From a phage: 64,000 bases of DNA. Of this stretch, positions 56,412 to 64,000 are shown one piece after another; position 1 is the first letter of the stretch, and each line of letters starts with the position of its first letter. The position numbers were made by a program, and so were the translations under genes. The notes beneath the pieces were generated by a model. That model saw nothing but the letters and a program-made list of their open reading frames with translations, was not told the DNA's origin and did not search any database. The stretch lies in assembly GCA_021469345.1 (NCBI GenBank), contig GCA_021469345.1_3049.1; one strand, 5' to 3'.

Positions 56412-57035
56412 ATGATTATTAATCTTGCAGATGTTGAACAGTTATCTATAAAAGCTGAAAGCGTTGATTTTCAATATGATATGTATAAAAAAGTCTGTGA
56501 AAAATTTACTGACTTTGAGCAATCTGTTCTTTGGCAATGTATGGAAGCCAAAAAGAATGAAGCTCTTCATCGGCAATTGAATAAAATCATTAAAAAGCAT
56601 TTAACTAAATCGCCTTATCAGTTATATCGTGGTATATCAAAATCAACAGAAGAACTTATTAAAGATTTACAAGTTGGAGAAGTGTTTTCAACGAACAGAG
56701 TAGATTCATTTACTACTAGTTTGCACACAGCATGTGGTTTTTCTTATGTTGAATATTCCACTGAAATAATATTTCGCTTAAAAACTGATAAAGCTTTTAA
56801 TTATTCTGACCATATCAGCGATATTATACTTTCTTCTCCTAATACTGAGTTCAAGTACACGTATGAAGATACTGATGGGCTAGATTCAGAGCGTACTGAT
56901 AACTTAATGATGATTGTGCGTGAACAAGAATGGATGATTCCAATTGGAAAGTATAAAATAACTTCTATTTCAAAAGAAAAATTACACGATTCATTTGGAA
57001 CATTTAAAGTTTATGATATTGAGGTAGTTGAATGA
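56412..57035 (+). CDS. modB: ADP-ribosyltransferase ModB-like (207 aa)
   Basis: R-S-E signature: LYRG, FTTSL, EQEWMIP; tandem with paralog. Confidence 0.75.
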   Translation: MIINLADVEQLSIKAESVDFQYDMYKKVCEKFTDFEQSVLWQCMEAKKNEALHRQLNKIIKKHLTKSPYQLYRGISKSTEELIKDLQVGEVFSTNRVDSFTTSLHTACGFSYVEYSTEIIFRLKTDKAFNYSDHISDIILSSPNTEFKYTYEDTDGLDSERTDNLMMIVREQEWMIPIGKYKITSISKEKLHDSFGTFKVYDIEVVE

Positions 57036-57634
57036 AATACTCAGTAATGCAACTAAAAGATTTTAAAATAAAATCAATGGATGCATCGGTGCGTGCTTCT
57101 ATTCGTGAAGAATTACTTTCTGAAGGGTTTAATTTATCTGAAATTGAACTTTTAATTCATTGTATTACTAATAAGCCAGATGACCATACTTGGTTAAATG
57201 AAATAATCAAATCTCGTTTGGTTCCAAACGATAAACCTCTTTGGAGAGGTGTTCCAGCTGAGACTAAGCAGGTGTTAAATCAAGGAATTGATATTATTAC
57301 ATTTGATAAAGTCGTATCAGCTTCATATGATAAAAATATAGCTCTACATTTTGCTTCCGGTTTAGAGTATAACACACAAGTTATTTTTGAATTCAAAGCT
57401 CCCATGGTATTCAATTTCCAGGAGTATGCTATAAAAGCTCTACGCTGTAAAGAATACAATCCAAACTTTAAGTTTCCGGATAGCCATCGTTATCGTAATA
57501 TGGAATTAGTTTCAGATGAACAAGAAGTAATGATACCAGCTGGAAGTGTATTTAGAATTGCAGATAGATATGAGTACAAAAAGTATTCAACATATACTAT
57601 CTATACTCTTGATTTTGAAGGATTTAATCTATAA
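57032..57634 (+). CDS. modA: ADP-ribosyltransferase ModA-like (200 aa)
   Basis: R-S-E signature: LWRG, VSASY, EQEVMIP. Confidence 0.75.
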   Translation: MKYSVMQLKDFKIKSMDASVRASIREELLSEGFNLSEIELLIHCITNKPDDHTWLNEIIKSRLVPNDKPLWRGVPAETKQVLNQGIDIITFDKVVSASYDKNIALHFASGLEYNTQVIFEFKAPMVFNFQEYAIKALRCKEYNPNFKFPDSHRYRNMELVSDEQEVMIPAGSVFRIADRYEYKKYSTYTIYTLDFEGFNL

Positions 57635-57691
57635 TGGAAGGACTTAGATTCATTATACCATGAAATTTTTAAAGCATTTTTACATAAAGTT

Positions 57692-57721
57692 GTTTACAAT
57701 CTGAAGTAAAAATGTTATAGT
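57692..57721 (+). promoter_or_regulatory. T4-type early promoter
   Basis: GTTTAC 57692-57697, 18-nt spacer, TATAGT. Confidence 0.6.
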
Positions 57722-57757
57722 ATAAGTAGTTAACCGTCCGTAAGATGTGAGAAAAAT

Positions 57758-58507
57758 ATGAAACTGTCTAATAATCAAATTCGTAAAATTAAACGTCGTT
57801 TAGAGCATACTCAGGCATCTGCCAAAAGACGTTCTAAAGATTTTAACTTAGACTTCAATTACATTAAGAACATTTTAGATCAGAAAGTTTGCGCTTACTC
57901 GGGTGAATCTTTCAATAACTCTGTTGAAGGTGAGAAATTATCCTTAGAACGTTTTAATAACGATATCGGCTACATTAAAGGTAATGTTATCCCAGTTAAG
58001 AAAAAATATAACACGGCTCGTTCTGATTTAACATTAGAAGAACTTATTGAGAAACGTGATGCCATTGCAAGACGTATCGCTAATCCTTCTGCCCGTAAAG
58101 TAGAGAAACTTAATCTCGACGAGAAGAAGTGGGCCCAAATTAAAAAGGTTTATGGCACTATTTTAAAAATCCGAGCAAAACGTGAAAATCGTGTTAAGCA
58201 TATGGCGAACATGATGAAAAATCAACCTTTATCTAACGAATCTAAACTTAAAATTGTTGCTTTGAAAGCACGCATTAATGGCTCACATCAAGCAGAAGGT
58301 CATGAACTTACTAAACTCAACGTTCTTCTTAAAGGCTCTGACTGGAAAACTAAAACTAAATTAACTAACGCTGAATCGCTTTTCGAAACATATGATAAAG
58401 TTATCCAAGGTCTGCAACGTTTTGAAAAGATTGGTTTCATTGGTAAATTAAAATTGAAACGTGGCTTACCACTTAGCGCATCATTATTCCAACTGATTAA
58501 AGGTTAA
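57758..58507 (+). CDS. srd: Srd-like protein (249 aa)
   Basis: basic helical protein at the T4 srd position between modA and dda.1. Confidence 0.6.
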   Translation: MKLSNNQIRKIKRRLEHTQASAKRRSKDFNLDFNYIKNILDQKVCAYSGESFNNSVEGEKLSLERFNNDIGYIKGNVIPVKKKYNTARSDLTLEELIEKRDAIARRIANPSARKVEKLNLDEKKWAQIKKVYGTILKIRAKRENRVKHMANMMKNQPLSNESKLKIVALKARINGSHQAEGHELTKLNVLLKGSDWKTKTKLTNAESLFETYDKVIQGLQRFEKIGFIGKLKLKRGLPLSASLFQLIKG

Positions 58508-58509
58508 TT

Positions 58510-58821
58510 ATGGTTTATGTATATGCAATAGTTTATCGAGATATGGAAGGATTTACTGTCCCGGTTCCACTTGATGAGCATCGTCCTGCAGTATTTTTTA
58601 GAAAGGATATTGCAGATAAAGTTTTCGATACTTTGAAAACGCAGTATAAAACAGATTTAAAAATGGGAGTTCTAAGAATGGTCGAAACTCCGCGTAAGTT
58701 CTGGTTTAATAAGCTTGAAATGAAACACGTTAAACTAGATGCGGAGACACAAAGATTATATCAGCGAATTTTAGATACTGGGCGTATTGTTAGTATTCCA
58801 ATTGCAGGGACTTTCCGATGA
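58510..58821 (+). CDS. hypothetical protein (dda.1 position)
   Basis: ORF track. Confidence 0.5.
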   Translation: MVYVYAIVYRDMEGFTVPVPLDEHRPAVFFRKDIADKVFDTLKTQYKTDLKMGVLRMVETPRKFWFNKLEMKHVKLDAETQRLYQRILDTGRIVSIPIAGTFR

Positions 58822-60137
58822 CATTTGATGATTTGACAGAAGGCCAGAAAAATGCCTTTAACATTGTTATGAAGGCTATTAAAGAAAAGAAACATCATGT
58901 AACTATTAATGGACCTGCCGGTACCGGTAAGACTACTCTTACTAAGTTCATCATTGAAGCTTTAATATCTACGGGTGAAACTGGTATTATTTTAGCAGCT
59001 CCTACGCATGCGGCTAAAAAGATTCTTTCAAAACTATCAGGGAAAGAAGCGAGTACTATTCACAGTATTCTTAAAATTAACCCAGTTACGTATGAAGAAA
59101 ACGTTCTTTTTGAACAGAAGGAAGTGCCAGATTTAGCTAAATGTAGGGTATTAATCTGCGACGAAGTGTCAATGTATGATAGAAAGCTATTTAAAATTCT
59201 GCTTTCAACTATCCCGCCGTGGTGTACTATAATTGGAATAGGTGATAATAAGCAAATTAGACCTGTTGATCCAGGAGAAAACACTGCTTATATTAGTCCA
59301 TTCTTTACACATAAAGATTTTTATCAGTGTGAACTCACTGAAGTTAAACGCAGTAATGCTCCTATTATTGATGTAGCTACTGACGTTCGTAACGGTAAGT
59401 GGATTTATGATAAAATTGTTGACGGGCATGGAGTACGTGGATTTACTGGTGATACCGCTTTACGTGATTTTATGGTAAATTATTTTTCAATCGTCAAATC
59501 TCTAGATGATTTGTTTGAAAATCGCGTAATGGCATTTACGAATAAATCTGTTGATAAGTTAAATAGCATTATTCGTAAAAAGATTTTTGAAACTGATAAA
59601 GATTTTATTGTCGGTGAAATTATTGTAATGCAGGAACCATTAATTAAAACATATAAAATTGATGGAAAGCCTGTGTCAGAAATTATTTTTAATAACGGAC
59701 AGTTAGTTCGTATTATAGAAGCAGAGTATACATCAACCTTTGTTAAAGCTCGTGGTGTTCCTGGAGAATATCTAATTCGTCATTGGGATTTAACAGTAGA
59801 AACTTACGGCGATGATGAATATTATCGTGAAAAGATTAAAATAATTTCATCTGATGAAGAACTGTATAAGTTTAACCTATTTTTAGGTAAAACGGCAGAA
59901 ACTTATAAAAATTGGAACAAAGGCGGAAAAGCTCCGTGGAGTGATTTTTGGGATGCTAAATCACAGTTTAGTAAAGTGAAAGCACTTCCTGCATCAACAT
60001 TCCATAAAGCTCAGGGCATGTCTGTAGACCGTGCTTTCATTTATACGCCTTGTATTCATTATGCAGATGCTGAATTGGCCCAACAACTTCTTTATGTTGG
60101 TGTTACCCGTGGTCGTTATGATGTATTTTATGTATGA
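58818..60137 (+). CDS. dda: Dda DNA helicase (SF1B, 439 aa)
   Basis: Walker A GPAGTGKT, Walker B LICDEVSM; size as T4 Dda. Confidence 0.95.
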   Translation: MTFDDLTEGQKNAFNIVMKAIKEKKHHVTINGPAGTGKTTLTKFIIEALISTGETGIILAAPTHAAKKILSKLSGKEASTIHSILKINPVTYEENVLFEQKEVPDLAKCRVLICDEVSMYDRKLFKILLSTIPPWCTIIGIGDNKQIRPVDPGENTAYISPFFTHKDFYQCELTEVKRSNAPIIDVATDVRNGKWIYDKIVDGHGVRGFTGDTALRDFMVNYFSIVKSLDDLFENRVMAFTNKSVDKLNSIIRKKIFETDKDFIVGEIIVMQEPLIKTYKIDGKPVSEIIFNNGQLVRIIEAEYTSTFVKARGVPGEYLIRHWDLTVETYGDDEYYREKIKIISSDEELYKFNLFLGKTAETYKNWNKGGKAPWSDFWDAKSQFSKVKALPASTFHKAQGMSVDRAFIYTPCIHYADAELAQQLLYVGVTRGRYDVFYV

Positions 60138-60158
60138 TTAAATTTGAGGAAGCTATTC

Positions 60159-60404
60159 ATGGAAATAACTAAAGATCAGTTTTATCTTCTTCAGGATAAA
60201 GTAAGCGAAATTTATGAAATTGCTTATAGCAAAAATCGTGAAACTGTAAAAATAGAATCTAGTAAGTTGAGGCTTCAATTAGAAGAAATTGAACGAGATT
60301 TAATTGCGTTAGAATTCTTTTGTGGTGAAGTGAAAACTGTTACAATTAATGATTATGTTTTAGGCGAAATTAGCTATCTTTATGAGGCGATTATTAATGA
60401 TTGA
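60159..60404 (+). CDS. hypothetical small protein, tandem paralog 1
   Basis: trimmed to ATG 60159; LEEIERDL...INDYVLGEI shared with next ORF. Confidence 0.5.
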   Translation: MEITKDQFYLLQDKVSEIYEIAYSKNRETVKIESSKLRLQLEEIERDLIALEFFCGEVKTVTINDYVLGEISYLYEAIIND

Positions 60405-60639
60405 GTTGAGTTGGTACCAGTTTAAATCTCTTATGACAAATGTTAAAGCTGTCATTGAAGAAAATCCAGGTCCTGAAAATATTACTATTCGCGAAAAAGC
60501 TTTAAAGATAGTATACAGTCTTGAAGAGATACAAAAAGATATTGAATCTATGGCAAAATTTATTGACGAGCCTATTAATAAAGTTTATATCCAAGACTAT
60601 ACTGTAGGTCAAATTCGCGATTTAGCAAGGAAAATTTAA
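60397..60639 (+). CDS. hypothetical small protein, tandem paralog 2
   Basis: trimmed to ATG 60397; LEEIQKDI...IQDYTVGQI. Confidence 0.5.
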   Translation: MIELSWYQFKSLMTNVKAVIEENPGPENITIREKALKIVYSLEEIQKDIESMAKFIDEPINKVYIQDYTVGQIRDLARKI

Positions 60640-61322
60640 TGTTTGATTTTATTATAGATTTTGAAACAATGGGAAGCGGTGAAAAGGCAGCTGTTATTGA
60701 TTTGGCTGTTATTGCCTTTGACCCTAATCCAGAAGTAGTTGAAACATTCGATGAACTAGTTTCACGTGGCATTAAAATCAAATTTGATTTAAAAAGCCAA
60801 AAAGGACATCGTCTTTTTACTAAAAGCACTATCGAATGGTGGAAGAATCAATCCCCTGAAGCTCGAAAAAATATTGCACCATCAGATGAAGATGTAAGCA
60901 TCATTGATGGTATTGCAAAATTTAATGATTACATCAATGCACATAATATCGATCCTTGGAAATCTCAGGGTTGGTGTCGTGGAATGTCGTTTGATTTTCC
61001 AATTTTAGTCGATCTCATTCGCGATATTCAACGTCTTAATGGCGTTTCTGAGAATGAGCTTGATACATTTAAGTTAGAACCGTGTAAATTTTGGAATCAG
61101 CGTGATATTCGTACCAGAATTGAAGCACTTCTGCTTGTTCGTGATATGACCACGTGTCCTCTTCCAAAAGGAACCTTAGATGGATTTGTTGCGCATAATT
61201 CTATTCATGACTGTGCGAAAGACATCCTGATGATGAAGTATGCTTTGCGATACGCTATGGGTCTTGAAGATGCTCCATCAGAGGAAGAGTGCGATCCTCT
61301 ATCTCTTCCAACAAAACGATAA
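60639..61322 (+). CDS. dexA: exonuclease A DexA (DEDDh 3'-5' exonuclease, 227 aa)
   Basis: DFET motif near N-terminus and HNSIHD near C-terminus; size as T4 DexA. Confidence 0.88.
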   Translation: MFDFIIDFETMGSGEKAAVIDLAVIAFDPNPEVVETFDELVSRGIKIKFDLKSQKGHRLFTKSTIEWWKNQSPEARKNIAPSDEDVSIIDGIAKFNDYINAHNIDPWKSQGWCRGMSFDFPILVDLIRDIQRLNGVSENELDTFKLEPCKFWNQRDIRTRIEALLLVRDMTTCPLPKGTLDGFVAHNSIHDCAKDILMMKYALRYAMGLEDAPSEEECDPLSLPTKR

Positions 61323-61327
61323 AAAGT

Positions 61328-61358
61328 TGTTTACTTCCTCAGTTAGTTGTGGTATTAT
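61328..61358 (+). promoter_or_regulatory. T4-type early promoter
   Basis: GTTTAC near 61328 and TATTAT -10; coordinates may be off by 1. Confidence 0.55.
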
Positions 61359-61385
61359 AACACCATAGCTACTGAGGATAATAAA

Positions 61386-61886
61386 ATGAAAATTTATCGT
61401 GTTGAATCATCGTTTAGTATTCTTAATTATGAAGATGCTATAACAATACGTCGAAATCTTTGTGTTCAAATAACGCCGTACAGGAGTATAATAGATTCAT
61501 GGAGCGAAGAGTGGCTATTACACGTAGGTTATGACAGACCTAATTTTATGCATCATAGCGATAATAATAAAAGAATTCCTTTACCACACGAAGATAAACT
61601 ATTAGTTAAAAACGCTAATAAAGTAATTAATACTAAGTTCAAGAAAGATTATGTTGGAGTAGAATATCATATTCCAGGATGGTTTATAGGTCTTTATCAT
61701 TTTGCTTTCGCTAGCGAATATGATATGATGAGATGGTTCACGCGAGAAGAGCGGGAAGAATTATCTTCTAAAGGATTTTATCTCGCTGTATACGAAGTTC
61801 CTGAAGATGAAGTTATCATTGGTGGGCACCAAGTAATGTTCCGCAAATCGCATGCTGAATTAAAAGGCTTTATTACTTTAGATTAA
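61386..61886 (+). CDS. hypothetical protein
   Basis: track ORF 61347-61886 trimmed to in-frame ATG (MKIYRVESS). Confidence 0.5.
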   Translation: MKIYRVESSFSILNYEDAITIRRNLCVQITPYRSIIDSWSEEWLLHVGYDRPNFMHHSDNNKRIPLPHEDKLLVKNANKVINTKFKKDYVGVEYHIPGWFIGLYHFAFASEYDMMRWFTREEREELSSKGFYLAVYEVPEDEVIIGGHQVMFRKSHAELKGFITLD

Positions 61887-61896
61887 AGAGAAAATC

Positions 61897-62334
61897 ATGA
61901 TTAAAAATAATGCTGTTTATCAATTGAAAAAATTTGATGAAATTAAGAATTTTTCGGTACTGTCTAATACAGCTCATAATAAGTTTTGTGAACTTCTTGG
62001 TTTAACTGGCGGATATCCTTTTACTGTTATTAGTGTTAATAGCGGAATTCTTATCGATATGATGTATATTGAAATTAGAAACTATTATGGAATGGTATCA
62101 CCGCTTATTATTTATGAAAAAGATTTTAGTCTATTGACAGAAATTGAAAAACCTGAAGATCCAACTGATCTACTGTGTAAGGCAGTTTATATTCGTCGTC
62201 CATTCGCGAATCCTGTGGGTGGATGGGTGACTGATCAGTGGATTGAAGATGGTGTTGAACTTCTGAACGTAGTTCATGCTGGAGAGTACTCTGTAGTTCC
62301 TCGCAGCGCAGTGATTAATGTTCGTGTAAGCTAG
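61897..62334 (+). CDS. hypothetical protein, paralog of the 62408 ORF
   Basis: C-terminal GWVTDQWIEDGVELLNVVHAGEYSVVP matches AYITDQWVEDGVKLYNAVFLGTYKVIP. Confidence 0.5.
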   Translation: MIKNNAVYQLKKFDEIKNFSVLSNTAHNKFCELLGLTGGYPFTVISVNSGILIDMMYIEIRNYYGMVSPLIIYEKDFSLLTEIEKPEDPTDLLCKAVYIRRPFANPVGGWVTDQWIEDGVELLNVVHAGEYSVVPRSAVINVRVS

Positions 62335-62363
62335 TTTACAAACTCTTGGGACCAGAGTATAAT
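62334..62363 (+). promoter_or_regulatory. T4-type early promoter with stem-loop around -10
   Basis: GTTTAC 62334-62339, 18-nt spacer, TATAAT 62358-62363 flanked by GGGACC/GGTCCC. Confidence 0.6.
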
Positions 62364-62407
62364 GGTCCCGTGGAGTATAAAATCTTTTTAACAAGTGAGA
62401 GATAACT

Positions 62408-62905
62408 ATGATTATTAATATTGGTGAATTAGCTCGTGTATCTGATAAATCCCGTTCTAAAGCAGCAGGAAAATTGGTCGAAATTGTAAGCATTCAGCTT
62501 AAACACGGCGTTAAAGATGAAGATTCTGAAGTAAAAGTGCGTATCATTCCTAAAGATGGAAAGTCTAAACCTCAGTTTGGTTATGTTCGCGCGAAATTTC
62601 TTGAATCTGCGTTTTTGAAAGCTGTTCCCGCTAAAGGAATTGAAACGATTGATACTTCGCATGTAGGTGTAGACTTTAAGTGGAAACTCGGTCAGGCTAT
62701 TAAGTTCATTGCTCCTTATGAATTCGAATTTACCGAAGATGAGGAAGGGGTTGTTCAAAAACATCGTACTCGTGCTATGTGTGCATACATTACCGATCAA
62801 TGGGTAGAAGATGGCGTTAAGTTGTACAACGCGGTATTTTTAGGAACATACAAAGTCATTCCTGAAAGTTGGATTAAACACTATAGCAAAGCTCGCTGTG
62901 CATAA
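62408..62905 (+). CDS. hypothetical protein (165 aa)
   Basis: ORF track; paralog of the 61897 ORF. Confidence 0.5.
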   Translation: MIINIGELARVSDKSRSKAAGKLVEIVSIQLKHGVKDEDSEVKVRIIPKDGKSKPQFGYVRAKFLESAFLKAVPAKGIETIDTSHVGVDFKWKLGQAIKFIAPYEFEFTEDEEGVVQKHRTRAMCAYITDQWVEDGVKLYNAVFLGTYKVIPESWIKHYSKARCA

Positions 62906-62910
62906 AGTTT

Positions 62911-63026
62911 AAAATTTTTTCATAAAACTATATACATCAGTAGTTGATTATGGTACTATATCAATATCAACTACTGATACAGAAAACAACTTGGAGAATA
63001 AAATGGAAATTCGCCAAAGGTGCTGA
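62911..63026 (+). repeat. repeated early promoter-leader cassette (copy C) with truncated 7-codon ORF
   Basis: leader CAACTACTGATACAGAAAACAACTTGGAGAA identical to copy A; ATG at 63003 followed by stop after 7 codons; degenerate -35. Confidence 0.55.
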
Positions 63027-63076
63027 TACTCTTCTGAAACGCATCGCTCCAATGTTTAATTAATGAGGAAATTGTA

Positions 63077-63292
63077 ATGAAACGTAAAATTGTTCAGAAC
63101 TGCACTAATGATGAATTTGAAGATGTATTATTTGATCCAAATTTGGTAGTAGTTCAAAAGGAACATACTAGCAAGTTTACTCACTTGACTTCGGTTTATG
63201 TGTATGAGAAAGTCGGTGATAAACAGCCAATTTACGGTGTATTTCGTGAAATTACTGAAGATGGCACAACTTACTGGAAGGAAATTTATTAA
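63077..63292 (+). CDS. hypothetical protein
   Basis: ORF track; GAGGAAA SD. Confidence 0.45.
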   Translation: MKRKIVQNCTNDEFEDVLFDPNLVVVQKEHTSKFTHLTSVYVYEKVGDKQPIYGVFREITEDGTTYWKEIY

Positions 63293-63711
63293 TGGCTATT
63301 AAATTTGAAGTTAATAAATGGTATCAATTTAAAAATAAACAAGCTCAAGAAAATTTTATTAAAGACCATACTGATAACGGAATCTATGCACGACGTTTAG
63401 GTATGGAGCCTTTTAAAATTTTAGATGCTGATTATCTTGGGCGTCCTACTAAAATTATGACATCCATAGGTGTGCTCAAACGTTGTGCCGGTGGTGATAT
63501 CCTTGACGAAAACTTTATCTGGCTCTCTACTAACGAAGCTGGGTTCTTTGATGAAGTTGAAAATCCATATCAGGCTGCTGAAGAACAAGAGCAGGAAGAG
63601 CAAGAACAAATAGAAGATTTCACAGAATTCCCGGTAATGAAAGTTACTATTGAAAATAATGAACAAGCATGGTCCTTGTATCAAATGTTGAAAGCCCACT
63701 TTAAGGAATAA
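63292..63711 (+). CDS. hypothetical protein with acidic [10 protein letters not shown] stretch
   Basis: ORF track. Confidence 0.45.
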   Translation: MAIKFEVNKWYQFKNKQAQENFIKDHTDNGIYARRLGMEPFKILDADYLGRPTKIMTSIGVLKRCAGGDILDENFIWLSTNEAGFFDEVENPYQAAEEQEQEEQEQIEDFTEFPVMKVTIENNEQAWSLYQMLKAHFKE

Positions 63712-63713
63712 TT

Positions 63714-63890
63714 ATGCCTCTTTATGATTATAAATGTCAATCCAAAGACTGCGCAAAAGAATACGAAAAAATCAAGAAAATTTCTGAAATGGATACTGAT
63801 GTATGTCCTGATTGTCATCGGATTGCTATTCGGTTAGTTTCCGCTCCTAAGCATGTGAATGGTGGTTTTTACGACTTACTTAAAGGGTAA
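63714..63890 (+). CDS. FmdB-type zinc-ribbon protein (58 aa)
   Basis: MPLYDYKCQSKDC...CPDCH pattern typical of FmdB zinc-ribbon family. Confidence 0.5.
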   Translation: MPLYDYKCQSKDCAKEYEKIKKISEMDTDVCPDCHRIAIRLVSAPKHVNGGFYDLLKG

Positions 63891-63892
63891 TT

Positions 63893-64000
63893 ATGTTTAA
63901 AATCGGTAAGAAATATCGTATTCGCGAAGGCGAAGAAAAGAAATATCTAATGTCTGCTATTTATAGGAATGGTTCTATTAATGCTGTAATATCTACAAGC
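63893..64000 (+). CDS. hypothetical protein, 5' fragment truncated by window end
   Basis: ATG 63893 after upstream stop; open to window end. Confidence 0.3.
   Translation, partial: MFKIGKKYRIREGEEKKYLMSAIYRNGSINAVISTS

Overview
This window is a T4-like (T-even, Tevenvirinae) myovirus early/middle-gene region, read in the direction of transcription, which is the reverse of the conventional T4 map. Gene order on the + strand: segB -> tRNA-Arg and a structured RNA region -> small e.x-type ORFs -> nudE -> e (lysozyme) -> ipIII-like internal protein -> P-loop NTPase -> GrcA-like glycyl-radical protein -> regB -> vs/tk-region ORFs (SLT-like, macro domain) -> tk -> rI -> accessory block (membrane protein + Pol-beta-type nucleotidyltransferase, DUF4031, AAA+ ATPase, second GIY-YIG endonuclease, four tandem paralogs) -> nrdC -> pin -> 49 -> nrdD -> nrdG -> 55 -> alpha-gt -> 47/46 -> rpbA -> 45/44/62 -> regA -> 43 -> imm -> 42 -> glycosyltransferase -> uvsX -> 40 -> 41 -> dmd/sp/61.x -> 61 -> dam -> 56 -> soc -> modB/modA -> srd -> dda -> dexA -> further small ORFs. 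Gene names were assigned by recalled similarity to T4 proteins, not by database search. Genes are densely packed with ATGA-type overlaps and punctuated by T4-type early promoters (GTTTAC-N18-TAnnAT), late promoters (TATAAATA) and UUCG-hairpin terminators. Only one supported gene is on the minus strand. The phage is not T4 itself: nrdD is one uninterrupted ORF with no intron or I-TevII, lysozyme differs at a few residues, no denV or ipII is recognisable, and the beta-gt position holds a different DxD-type glycosyltransferase. No CRISPR array, integrase or transposon was found. The most interesting leads are a translationally coupled membrane-protein plus nucleotidyltransferase module, a four-gene tandem paralog array, three proteins with capsid-targeting-like N-termini, an antisense small membrane protein, probable homopolymer frameshifts, and a family of repeated promoter-leader cassettes. 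Several track ORF starts were TTG/GTG extensions and have been trimmed to the in-frame ATG.
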